Assembly: GCF_033723435.1 (NCBI RefSeq)
Contig: NZ_JAWVXC010000001.1
Coordinates: 91,754 to 155,753, forward strand
Direction: 5' to 3'
DNA: 64,000 bases
Source: Lutibacter sp.
GTDB lineage: Bacteria > Bacteroidota > Bacteroidia > Flavobacteriales > Flavobacteriaceae
Position 1 is the first letter of the stretch. Every line of letters starts with the position of its first letter. Shown here one piece after another: positions 47,587 through 57,186 of the stretch. The notes beneath the pieces are model-generated. The model was not told the DNA's origin. It worked only from the letters and a program-made list of their open reading frames with translations, and made no database searches. The translations under genes and the position numbers were made by a program.

Positions 47587-49494
47587 ATGATAGACAAAGT
47601 AGTTACATATAGTCTTTTTACAGAATTTGATATAAATTTATTTAAAGCAGGAAAACATTATAACTTATACGAAAAATTTGGTTCTCATATTTTATCTATA
47701 GATGGAGTAGAAGGTACTTATTTTGCTGTTTGGGCACCAAGTGCGAAACAAGTATCCGTTATAGGAGATTTTAATTATTGGAATGATACTGAGCATGTAT
47801 TAAATGTGCGTTGGGACTCTTCTGGTATTTGGGAAGGATTTATTCCGTTTGTTAAAAAAGGAACGGCTTATAAGTATAAAATTTATTCCTCTAATAATAA
47901 TTATATCTCTGAAAAGGCAGATCCGTATGCTCGTAGATGTGAGCATCCTCCAAAAACAGCTTCAATAGTTTGGAATGATGATTATAAATGGAAAGATAAA
48001 AAATGGCTAAATATTAGAAAAAATAAAAATGCTTTAAATCAACCATTTTCTGTTTATGAAGTTCATTTAGGCTCATGGAAAAAAATGATAGAAGAGAATA
48101 GATTTTTATCTTATACAGAAATGGCGGACGAATTGGTAAATTATGTAAAAGATATGAATTTTACCCATGTAGAATTTATGCCAATTATGGAATTTCCTTA
48201 CGATCCTTCTTGGGGATATCAAATTACTGGTTATTTTGCGCCAACTTCTCGTTTTGGATATCCTGAAGAATTTAAATATTTAGTAGATAAATTTCATCAA
48301 AAAAATATAGGAATAATATTAGATTGGGTTCCTTCTCATTTTCCTGATGATGCTCATGGTTTAGGCTTTTTTGATGGCTCTAACTTATATGAACATCCCG
48401 ATAAAAAAAAGGGTTATCATCCAGATTGGAAAAGTTTGATTTTTAATTATGGACGAAATGAAGTTCGTTCCTTTTTAATTAGTAATGCTATTTTTTGGTT
48501 AGAACAGTATCATATTGATGGTTTACGTGTAGATGCTGTAGCTTCAATGTTATATTTAGATTATTCAAGAGAAGAAGGTGAGTGGGATCCAAATGAATTT
48601 GGAGGAAGAGAAAATTTAGATGCTATACAATTTATAAAAGAATTTAACGAAGCTGTCTATAAAGCATTTCCTGATGTTCAAACTATAGCAGAAGAATCTA
48701 CTTCATTCCCAATGGTTTCCAAACCAACTTTTGTTGGAGGTTTAGGTTTTGGCATGAAATGGATGATGGGTTGGATGCATGATATTTTGCAATATTTTAA
48801 GAAGGATCCTATTTATAGAAAACACCATCAAGGGGATATTACTTTTAGCTTAACTTACGCTTTTACAGAAAATTTTATGTTGCCTTTATCTCATGATGAA
48901 GTGGTACATGGTAAAAACTCAATTTTAGGAAGAATGCCAGGTGATGAATGGCAACGATTCGCTAATTTAAGACTTTTATATGGCTATATGTACACACATC
49001 CAGGTACTAAATTAATTTTTATGGGAAGTGAATTTGGACAATATAACGAATGGGATTTTCAAAAAAGTTTGGATTGGAATCTACTAGATTTTGAGCCTCA
49101 TCAAAAAACTAAAAGATATTTTAAAGCACTTAATACGTTCTATAAAAACACTCCTGAATTATTCGAAAAATCCTTTGAAACGGATGGTTATGAATGGATT
49201 AATTATAATGATTCTGATAATTCTGTTATTTCTTATATAAGAAAAGATAACACTAATAATGCTATAATTGTTGTATGTAACTTTATTCCTAAAGTTCATT
49301 ATAATTACAGAATTGGAATTCCTTGTAGTGGTTTTTTAAAAGAAATATTTAATAGTGATGCAAAAATATTTGGTGGTAGCGGCATAAAAAACTCAAAACA
49401 AATCGCTATTAAAGAAATTAGTTGGAATTCTAAAAAAAGCTCCGCAGAAATAACTATTCCTCCGCTAGGAATGGTTGTATTTCAAATTAATTAA
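47587..49494 (+). CDS. glgB: 1,4-alpha-glucan branching enzyme (GH13)
   Basis: 635 aa. Motifs DWVPSHF, DGLRVDAVASMLY, AEESTSFP and SHDEVVHGK. Confidence 0.95.
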   Translation: MIDKVVTYSLFTEFDINLFKAGKHYNLYEKFGSHILSIDGVEGTYFAVWAPSAKQVSVIGDFNYWNDTEHVLNVRWDSSGIWEGFIPFVKKGTAYKYKIYSSNNNYISEKADPYARRCEHPPKTASIVWNDDYKWKDKKWLNIRKNKNALNQPFSVYEVHLGSWKKMIEENRFLSYTEMADELVNYVKDMNFTHVEFMPIMEFPYDPSWGYQITGYFAPTSRFGYPEEFKYLVDKFHQKNIGIILDWVPSHFPDDAHGLGFFDGSNLYEHPDKKKGYHPDWKSLIFNYGRNEVRSFLISNAIFWLEQYHIDGLRVDAVASMLYLDYSREEGEWDPNEFGGRENLDAIQFIKEFNEAVYKAFPDVQTIAEESTSFPMVSKPTFVGGLGFGMKWMMGWMHDILQYFKKDPIYRKHHQGDITFSLTYAFTENFMLPLSHDEVVHGKNSILGRMPGDEWQRFANLRLLYGYMYTHPGTKLIFMGSEFGQYNEWDFQKSLDWNLLDFEPHQKTKRYFKALNTFYKNTPELFEKSFETDGYEWINYNDSDNSVISYIRKDNTNNAIIVVCNFIPKVHYNYRIGIPCSGFLKEIFNSDAKIFGGSGIKNSKQIAIKEISWNSKKSSAEITIPPLGMVVFQIN

Positions 49495-49587
49495 TGATTT
49501 TAAATTTTATGAAATCTTTTTAATAAAGATTTACGCCTTGAGTTCCTAATTTTTTTAAGTTTGTAACTTTTATGCAAAGAACGATTT

Positions 49588-51990
49588 ATGATAATAAACA
49601 CAGATTTAGTTAAAAAAGGAAATCAGTTTCCTAACCAAATAATAGACTTCAAAAAAGATGTTGATAAATTATATTTTACAACAAGTAATAATGTAGTATT
49701 ACAAATTACTATTAGGCGCGATAGTGTTTTACGTTTTAGATACACAACCAAAGGCGTTTTTGAAAATGACTTTTCTTATGCTATAACAAAACATGCAGCA
49801 AGTGGTTTTAATAAACTTGAAATTACAGAAGACGATGTATATTACATTGTAACTACTTCAAAATTAATTTGTAAAATATTCAAAGAAAATTTACATATTT
49901 CTATTTTTGACGCTAAGGATAATGAGTTAATTTGCGAAGATGAATTAGGATTTCACTGGGAAGAAAGTTATGAATATGGTGGTGATATTGTTAAATTATC
50001 TAAAGTTTCACAAGAAGGAGAAAGTTATTTTGGCTTGGGAGATAAATCCATTCCAAATAATTTAAAAGGGAAAAGATTTGAAAATTGGGTAACGGATTCA
50101 TATTCTTTTGGAAGGAACACAGATCCACTTTATAAAGATATTCCATTTTATACAGGATTACATCATAAAAAAGCCTACGGAATATTTTTCGATAATACTT
50201 TTAGATCTTTTTTTGATTTCTGTCAAGAACGCAGAAATGTTACCAGTTTTTGGGCGCAAGGAGGTGAAATGAATTATTATTTTATTTATGGTCCAAAAAT
50301 GACGGATGTGGTTAGTTCTTATACAGATTTAACAGGTCGTCCTCACCAATTACCACCACTTTGGGCATTAGGTTATCACCAATGTAAATGGAGTTATTAC
50401 CCTGAAAGTAAGGTAAAACAGGTAGCTAAAACATTCAGAGAATTAAAAATTCCTTGTGATGCAATTTATTTAGATATTGATTATATGGATGGATTTAGAT
50501 GTTTTACTTGGAATAAAGAGTATTTCCCGAATCCAAAAAAAATGGTAAAAGAATTGGCTGATGATGGCTTTAAAACCATTGTTATTATTGATCCAGGAAT
50601 AAAAATAGATACTGATTATCCTGTTTTTAAAGAAGCTTTAGAAAAGGATTATTTTTGTAAGAGAGCAGATGGACCTTATATGAAAGGTAAAGTTTGGCCT
50701 GGAGATTGTTATTTTCCTGATTTTACAAACCCAGAAGTTAGAGAATGGTGGTCTAATTTATTTAAAGAACTGATTGAAGATATTGGTGTAAAAGGAGTTT
50801 GGAATGATATGAATGAGCCTGCAGTAATGGAAGTTCCAGGGAAAACATTTCCAAATGATGTTAGGCATAATTACGATGGCAATTATTGTAGCCATAGAAA
50901 AGCTCATAACGTTTATGGTATGCAAATGGCTAGAGCAACGTATCATGGTTTAAAAAAATTCTCTTATCCAAAGCGTCCTTTTGTTATTACACGAGCTGCA
51001 TATTCAGGTACACAACGTTATACTTCAAGCTGGACAGGTGATAATGTTGCTAGTTGGGAACATTTAGCAATTGCTAACGCACAAGCGCAACGTATGTGTA
51101 TGTCAGGTTTTTCATTTGTTGGATCGGATATAGGAGGATTTGCAGAACAACCAAATGGTGAATTATATACACGGTGGATTCAGCTTGGCGTTTTTCATCC
51201 ATTTTGTAGAACACATTCATCAGGAGATCACGGAGAACAAGAACCTTTTTCTTTTGATACTAACGTAACCAATATTGTTCGTAAATTTATTGAAATTCGC
51301 TATCAATTATTACCTTATTTGTATACTTCTTTTTGGCAATATGCAAATGAAGGAATTCCTATTTTAAAATCGCTTATGCTTTTTGATCAAGAAGACCATC
51401 ATACGCATTATAGAAACGATGAATTTGTATATGGAGATAAAATATTAATTTGCCCAATAATAGAACCAAATGCAAAAGGTAGACGAATGTATTTTCCAAT
51501 AGGTAAGTGGTTTAGTTTTTGGGATGCGGAAGTTGTAAATGGAGGAGAGGAAAAATGGGTGGATGCAGATATTGATAGTATGCCTATTTATATTAAAGAA
51601 GGTGCTATAATACCAAAATATCCAATTCAGCAGTACGTTGGTGAAAAAGTTATTGAAGAATTAACCTTAGATATTTATTTTAAGAACGGAAAAGAAAAAT
51701 CTAAAGTTTATGAGGATGCTTCTGATGGTTATGATTATAAAAAAGGTAGATTTAGTCTTAGAAATTTCACTTTAGTTGGTAAAGAAGATTCCTTAACTAT
51801 ACAACAATTTAAAGAAGGAAAGTATATTACTTCTTATAATACTTTTAAAATAATATTACACGGATTGCCTTTTAAGATTGGTAGTATTGAAATTGATAAT
51901 GAAAAAATGGATATGGCTAAATTTAATATAGAAGAAAATAGTATTATAGTGAGTAAAGAGTTTACAGAAATCCATATAATTGGATTATAG
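49588..51990 (+). CDS. GH31 alpha-glucosidase
   Basis: 800 aa. Catalytic region GVWNDMNEPA and the WTGDN signature. Confidence 0.9.
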   Translation: MIINTDLVKKGNQFPNQIIDFKKDVDKLYFTTSNNVVLQITIRRDSVLRFRYTTKGVFENDFSYAITKHAASGFNKLEITEDDVYYIVTTSKLICKIFKENLHISIFDAKDNELICEDELGFHWEESYEYGGDIVKLSKVSQEGESYFGLGDKSIPNNLKGKRFENWVTDSYSFGRNTDPLYKDIPFYTGLHHKKAYGIFFDNTFRSFFDFCQERRNVTSFWAQGGEMNYYFIYGPKMTDVVSSYTDLTGRPHQLPPLWALGYHQCKWSYYPESKVKQVAKTFRELKIPCDAIYLDIDYMDGFRCFTWNKEYFPNPKKMVKELADDGFKTIVIIDPGIKIDTDYPVFKEALEKDYFCKRADGPYMKGKVWPGDCYFPDFTNPEVREWWSNLFKELIEDIGVKGVWNDMNEPAVMEVPGKTFPNDVRHNYDGNYCSHRKAHNVYGMQMARATYHGLKKFSYPKRPFVITRAAYSGTQRYTSSWTGDNVASWEHLAIANAQAQRMCMSGFSFVGSDIGGFAEQPNGELYTRWIQLGVFHPFCRTHSSGDHGEQEPFSFDTNVTNIVRKFIEIRYQLLPYLYTSFWQYANEGIPILKSLMLFDQEDHHTHYRNDEFVYGDKILICPIIEPNAKGRRMYFPIGKWFSFWDAEVVNGGEEKWVDADIDSMPIYIKEGAIIPKYPIQQYVGEKVIEELTLDIYFKNGKEKSKVYEDASDGYDYKKGRFSLRNFTLVGKEDSLTIQQFKEGKYITSYNTFKIILHGLPFKIGSIEIDNEKMDMAKFNIEENSIIVSKEFTEIHIIGL

Positions 51991-51995
51991 GAATA

Positions 51996-52030
51996 AAAAA
52001 GGTTTCTCATTTGTGAGAAACCTTTTTTAT
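51996..52030. terminator. Bidirectional intrinsic terminator at a convergent gene junction
   Basis: Hairpin AAAAGGTTTCTCA-tttg-TGAGAAACCTTTT, flanked by an A-run and a T-run. Confidence 0.8.
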
Positions 52031-52049
52031 TTTAAATAAATTGTATTTA

Positions 52050-54929
52050 TTATAGATTTAGGCTAAGTCTTGCAAATAAAAATCTACCTGCAACGCCAAA
52101 TTGTTGTGCTCTTCTAGACCAGTCAAATCTACCACCACTTCGGTTATTACCACCATCAGAAAATGATTGAGCAGCTCGATCAGGATAAATATCAAATAAA
52201 TTATTCGCCCCAACAGTAACAGTTAAGTTATCAGAAACTTGATATCCAAAAGATAAATCTGTAACTACTTTTGTACCAAACTCTTGTTGTCTTAAAATAT
52301 TAGTAGTTGCTTCTGTTACTTTTCCAAACAATACATTTCTTAAAAAGATATTAAATTTATCTGTAGTATAACTGTTAGATAAATTAATTTTTGCTCTAGG
52401 AACTGCTTTTTCTAAATAAATCCTACTGTCTTCAGGAAAATACGTTCCAACTAAACCTGCATTTTCTAATACTTGTGAGGCTTTAATGTTACCAACTTGT
52501 ATAGTTTTAGAGAATGTAGCAGATAAATCAGATTTTAATTTTGCATTTGCACCTATATTTGCATCATTTGTAAGAACTATATCAATACCTCTAGATTCAG
52601 TATCTATTGCATTTGCAAAAAATGAAGCTGCAGTAGCATTAGCTTGGGCTAATAAATTATCTAATTCAGTACCAGTTCCAGGTCCTTTAAATTGTCCTGT
52701 GTAAACCACTCTATCATTAATACCTACCCAATAACCATCAACAGTTAAAGTTAAATTTAAGTTTGGTATTTTTGATGTAAAACCTAAGCTAACACTTCTT
52801 GAAGTTTCTTGTTTTAATTTAGGAATTCCTAATAATTTTGCAGCTCTACTATCATTAGAGAAAGTACCCACTTCTTGAGGATCACCATTTTGATCAAATA
52901 TAGTTGATGTTGAATTAAAATATATTTGTTGTAAAGAAGGAGCTCTAAAACCAGTGTTAAAAGCTGCTCTAATATTGGTGTTTTCACTTGCTTTAATTCT
53001 TGTAGCTACTTTGAAGTTAAGTGTAGAACCAAAATCAGAATAATCTTCATATCTTACAGCAAAACTTCCTAAAAAGTTATCTGTAAAATCAGCTTCCATA
53101 TCAAAATAACCAGCTACACTGTTTCTTCCACGAGATAATTCATTTTTTGGGCTAAATCCAGGGAATACTTGAGATCCTCCAGGTCTAGCATTTCCGAAAA
53201 AGTCTCTTGCTGGATCTTGCGAAGCTAAAGTGATTACTTGTCCATCAGCAGTATATTGTGCGTAAGAAGCTTCTTCTCCAGCAATAATTTCGTAATTTTC
53301 TAATCTATATTCAGCACCGAAAGCAATGTTTAAGCCAGCCATAGTATCTTCAAAAAACTGGCTAATATCTAAATTGGTAGTATTTTGCATAAAAGAGAAT
53401 CCTCCAGCATCAAAAGTAGTAGGAGAAGATCCTTGCATAGAAGCGTTAAATGTATTTCCTATAGTGTATAAAAATGAGTTTTTACCCCAAGTATTACTAA
53501 AATCTACATCCCAATCAGAAACTTTTCCTTTAATACCAACAGAAATAGATTTATCTACAATTGTTGAATTAATTTCAGGTAAAAAACCATTAAAATATGC
53601 CGGTGTATAAGTTCTACTTTGGTTTGGTAATCTATAAAAACCTGCAGAATTACCAGTTCTAGAACTAACACCTGCGAAAGAATATAATTCAGTACCTGCT
53701 TCACCTAAAGGAAGAGAGAAATTAGCAAAAAAGCGTCCTCCTCGCAATGCTGATTGTCCGACTCTCATATTAAAATCAGTTCTATTTAGTCCACGTGCCG
53801 CTAATTCTGCAGTAGTATTATCAGCAGATAATATACTTTGTAAATCAGCTTTAGTTGCATTTGGATCTAAATTTAGTCCAGCCATATTACCATAAGTAAT
53901 AACATCAGATACATCGTCATCTAATAGTTTTGATAAATCATAACCATCATTTTTTGCATAACGTTCAACTGTATTGTATAAATTAAATACATTTCCTTCC
54001 CATTCTTTCATTCTATTATAATCTTGTCTTACATCAAAATCTCCAGTAAAGTTTATAAACCCACCTTTGTCACCAAGTTTTAATCCATAATTAGCACTTA
54101 TGTTAGTAGTTACACCATCAACGCCTCCAGTTTGCTCATTTGAATTTTTAGAAAAATTAGCGCCATTAGTGATATTAACATCTAACTTATCTGTGCTTCT
54201 TTTTAAAACAATATTAATAACACCTGCAATGGCATCAGACCCATATTGTGCAGCAGCTCCATCACGCAAAACTTCAATACGTTCAATTGATGCAGCAGGA
54301 ATTGTGTTTAAATCTGTACCAACACTACCACGACCAAAAGTACCATTAACATTAATTAATGAAGAAGTATGTCTTCTTTTTCCATTAATTAAAACCAATA
54401 CTTGATCTGGACCTAAACCTCTTAGGGAAGCTGGATCTATATGGTCTGTACCATCAGAAATTGTTTGTGTATTAGAAGTAAAAGAAGGAGCCACATAGTT
54501 AAGTATTTGATTTAAATTTACTTGAGGACCAGCTGTAACTAATTCGCTTACATCAATTACATCAACAGGTACAGGTGTGTCTACTGCTGTTCTATTTGGA
54601 TTTCTTGAACCAACTACAACAATTTCATCTAAAGAAACTCCAGATGCTAATGTGACATTAAATGTTTTAGTGCCATCCATTTGTAATTTCTTTTCGTTAT
54701 AACCAACGTAAGAAAATATTAAGTTTTCATTTAAACTTACTTTAATCATGTAGTTTCCATCAAAGTCAGTTGTAGTACCGCGTGAAGTTCCTTCAACCAT
54801 TACCGAAACACCTGGTAAAGGTTGATTGTTTACATCGGTTACTTTTCCATTTACTTGATACGATTGTGCATGAATCACTATTGTAAAAAGTAAAAAAATA
54901 CTTAAAATAATGCGTCTTTTTTGTTTCAT
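52050..54929 (-). CDS. TonB-dependent receptor with carboxypeptidase-regulatory-like N-domain
   Basis: 959 aa. Signal peptide, then VNGKVTDVNNQPLPGVSVMVEGTSRGTTTDFDGNY. Plug motifs IERIEVLRDGAAAQYGSDAIAGVINIVLK. No SusD-like partner gene is adjacent. Confidence 0.85.
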   Translation of the reverse strand: MKQKRRIILSIFLLFTIVIHAQSYQVNGKVTDVNNQPLPGVSVMVEGTSRGTTTDFDGNYMIKVSLNENLIFSYVGYNEKKLQMDGTKTFNVTLASGVSLDEIVVVGSRNPNRTAVDTPVPVDVIDVSELVTAGPQVNLNQILNYVAPSFTSNTQTISDGTDHIDPASLRGLGPDQVLVLINGKRRHTSSLINVNGTFGRGSVGTDLNTIPAASIERIEVLRDGAAAQYGSDAIAGVINIVLKRSTDKLDVNITNGANFSKNSNEQTGGVDGVTTNISANYGLKLGDKGGFINFTGDFDVRQDYNRMKEWEGNVFNLYNTVERYAKNDGYDLSKLLDDDVSDVITYGNMAGLNLDPNATKADLQSILSADNTTAELAARGLNRTDFNMRVGQSALRGGRFFANFSLPLGEAGTELYSFAGVSSRTGNSAGFYRLPNQSRTYTPAYFNGFLPEINSTIVDKSISVGIKGKVSDWDVDFSNTWGKNSFLYTIGNTFNASMQGSSPTTFDAGGFSFMQNTTNLDISQFFEDTMAGLNIAFGAEYRLENYEIIAGEEASYAQYTADGQVITLASQDPARDFFGNARPGGSQVFPGFSPKNELSRGRNSVAGYFDMEADFTDNFLGSFAVRYEDYSDFGSTLNFKVATRIKASENTNIRAAFNTGFRAPSLQQIYFNSTSTIFDQNGDPQEVGTFSNDSRAAKLLGIPKLKQETSRSVSLGFTSKIPNLNLTLTVDGYWVGINDRVVYTGQFKGPGTGTELDNLLAQANATAASFFANAIDTESRGIDIVLTNDANIGANAKLKSDLSATFSKTIQVGNIKASQVLENAGLVGTYFPEDSRIYLEKAVPRAKINLSNSYTTDKFNIFLRNVLFGKVTEATTNILRQQEFGTKVVTDLSFGYQVSDNLTVTVGANNLFDIYPDRAAQSFSDGGNNRSGGRFDWSRRAQQFGVAGRFLFARLSLNL

Positions 54930-55083
54930 AATTTTATGTTTTTAGTAAAATATATAACAAATTATGGTTAAATATTTAATATATCCAAATATATATTGTA
55001 AAAAATGTTACATAGTTATTAAAAAAATACGAAAAATATATGTTTATTTTTGTTGTAAAAATGATTAAGAAAAGAATAAAAAG

Positions 55084-55091
55084 TACCTTTG
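55084..55091 (+). promoter_or_regulatory. -7 promoter motif TACCTTTG
   Basis: Exact TAnnTTTG, 52 nt upstream of the tlpA-like ATG. Confidence 0.35.
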
Positions 55092-55142
55092 AAATAAGAT
55101 ATATTATTTATCCGTTATTATTAAAATTTAAATATTGTTTCT

Positions 55143-55700
55143 ATGATTTTTGAGCTAAATAAAAAGTTTTTTTCAAATGTTGTTTTTGTGTTAGCAATGG
55201 GTTTATTAATTTACTCTCCTACAAGAATTTGGTTATTAAGGCAAGTTGCTTTTTCACCATCTGTTGAAAATGTTAAGGATAGAGTCTCTATTAAAAATTA
55301 TGATTGGCAATTACAAGGATTGAATACTGAAAATATTAATTTTTCAGAAGTAAAAGGAAAAGTAGTTTTTGTTAATTTTTGGGCAACTTGGTGTCCACCT
55401 TGTAAAGCAGAATTGCCGATGATACAAAAATTATATAACGATTATAAAGATAAAGTTATTTTTATATTTGTTACAAATGAAAATTGGGGAAAAGTTTCTG
55501 ATTTTTTTAATAAAAATAACTATAATTTACCTGTTTATAATTCAATTTCAACTCCACCAAATCAATTCTTAAAAACAAATAGTATACCATCAAGTTTTTT
55601 AGTAGATAAAAATGGTAGTATTTTAATTGAAAAAGTTGGTGCTGCTGACTGGAATAGTGATAAAACTAGAAATATTATAAACGAAATCCTAAAAAACTGA
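55143..55700 (+). CDS. TlpA/ResA-family thiol-disulfide oxidoreductase
   Basis: 185 aa with an N-terminal membrane anchor and the thioredoxin motif FWATWCPPCKAELP. Confidence 0.8.
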   Translation: MIFELNKKFFSNVVFVLAMGLLIYSPTRIWLLRQVAFSPSVENVKDRVSIKNYDWQLQGLNTENINFSEVKGKVVFVNFWATWCPPCKAELPMIQKLYNDYKDKVIFIFVTNENWGKVSDFFNKNNYNLPVYNSISTPPNQFLKTNSIPSSFLVDKNGSILIEKVGAADWNSDKTRNIINEILKN

Positions 55701-55995
55701 TTGAATTTAGTTTTTTAGGATTTAAAGGTGTGGAAGTAGAGCGTCTTAATTAATTTACTATTCATAATTTTAGTAATCATATCTTCTATAAGTACTCCAT
55801 TGTAAACGTTTTGTGTTTGTAAAATTACCAAATACTACCTTTTTTTTGTTTTCCTGTAAGTTTAAATTTAAAGTTGTCATTTTATATAGATTTTAATGGT
55901 TTTTTATTAAATGACGCCTTTGTAACAATTTTGTTACTCTATTATGTATAACAAGGTACTATATTAACAAATAATTAACAATATATTACTGAAAA

Positions 55996-57186
55996 CTAGG
56001 TGGTTTCAGTTACAATTTCATTTAAACAGTCATTAATAATTGTACAACCATTTATAATCTCATTTTCTGTAATTGTTAAAGGAGGAGTTATTCTAATGGC
56101 TTTTCCTTCAAATAATAACCAAAATAGGAGTAGACCCTTTTCTAGGCTTCTTAAAATTACTTTAGAGGCTATTTCACTAGATTCAACTATTGCAGCTAAC
56201 ATTAAACCTTTTCCTCTTATTTCTGTGATTAAAGGATGAATTAAATGTTTTCTAAATAACTGTTCTTTTTTTAAAGTTAATTCCATTAAGTTGGAATTAA
56301 GTAGCTCGCTTAGAGTTGCAACAGCAGCAGCGGTAATTACTGGATGCCCACCAAATGTAGTAATATGGCCTAATTTGGGGTTTTCTCTTAGAGAAGCCAT
56401 CATATTATAAGAAGCAATAAAGGCCCCAATAGGCATACCACCTCCTAATCCTTTTCCAGTAACAATGATATCAGGAATTACATTATAGTTTTCAAACCCA
56501 AATACTTTTCCTGTTCTACCAACTCCTGATTGAATCTCATCTAGAATTAGCAATGCACCAACTTTTTCACATTGCTTTTTCACCTTTTGTAAATAATTAT
56601 TTTCAGGAACAATAAATCCAGCACCACCTTGTATAGTTTCTAAAATAACTGCAGCAGTTTTGGTTGTGATTTTAGCTAAATCAACTTCATTATTAAATGA
56701 TATAAATTTAATGCCTGGAATTAGTGGTCTAAATGCACTATTTTTAATTTCTGCACCACAAACACTCATAGATCCCTGTGTATTGCCATGATAGCCGTTT
56801 TTAGCTGCAATTATTTCATAACGGCCAGTATATCGTTTTGCTAATTTTATAGCGCCTTCAGAAGCTTCTGTTCCAGAATTGGTAACGTAAACTGTTTCTA
56901 AGGATTTAGGTAAATTTTGAGCCAATAATTTTGATAACTCAACTTGTGGTTTTTGAATAAACTCTCCATAAACCATTACATGAGTATAATTATCTACCTG
57001 ATCTTTTATAGCTTGCGAAATAGCGGGATGATTATGACCTAAGGTATTTGCGGAAACTCCAGCTATAAAATCTAAATATTTTTTGCCGTTAATATCATAA
57101 ACATAATTACCTACCGCTTTTAAAATTTCAATAGCTAAAGGATTTGAGGATGTTTGTGCTTGATATTTAAAGAAATCTTTTTTCAA
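55996..57186 (-). CDS. Class-III (acetylornithine/ornithine-type) PLP aminotransferase
   Basis: 396 aa. Motifs GHNHP, TNSGTEASEGAIKLA, LDEIQSGVGRTGK and TFGGHP. Confidence 0.85.
   Translation of the reverse strand: MKKDFFKYQAQTSSNPLAIEILKAVGNYVYDINGKKYLDFIAGVSANTLGHNHPAISQAIKDQVDNYTHVMVYGEFIQKPQVELSKLLAQNLPKSLETVYVTNSGTEASEGAIKLAKRYTGRYEIIAAKNGYHGNTQGSMSVCGAEIKNSAFRPLIPGIKFISFNNEVDLAKITTKTAAVILETIQGGAGFIVPENNYLQKVKKQCEKVGALLILDEIQSGVGRTGKVFGFENYNVIPDIIVTGKGLGGGMPIGAFIASYNMMASLRENPKLGHITTFGGHPVITAAAVATLSELLNSNLMELTLKKEQLFRKHLIHPLITEIRGKGLMLAAIVESSEIASKVILRSLEKGLLLFWLLFEGKAIRITPPLTITENEIINGCTIINDCLNEIVTETT

Noticed and set aside
17904-52050. Strand-bias switches (minus to plus at about 17.9 kb, plus to minus at about 52.0 kb) as a replication origin or terminus
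   Set aside because: I saw no DnaA-box clusters (TTATCCACA-like) and no dnaA, dnaN or parAB genes. The plus-strand block is only 34 kb. It is more simply explained as local operon organisation.
55061-55153. 30-codon ORF (MIKKRIKSTFEIRY...) overlapping the tlpA-like start
   Set aside because: It lies in the A/T-rich divergent promoter region, overlaps the downstream start out of frame, and spans the predicted -7 motif. It is most likely fortuitous.
55797-55811. K-x3-W (KRLQW) in the 36-aa ORF as a streptide-like RiPP precursor
   Set aside because: No radical-SAM/SPASM maturase, peptidase or exporter gene is anywhere in the window. A five-residue motif on its own is not evidence.
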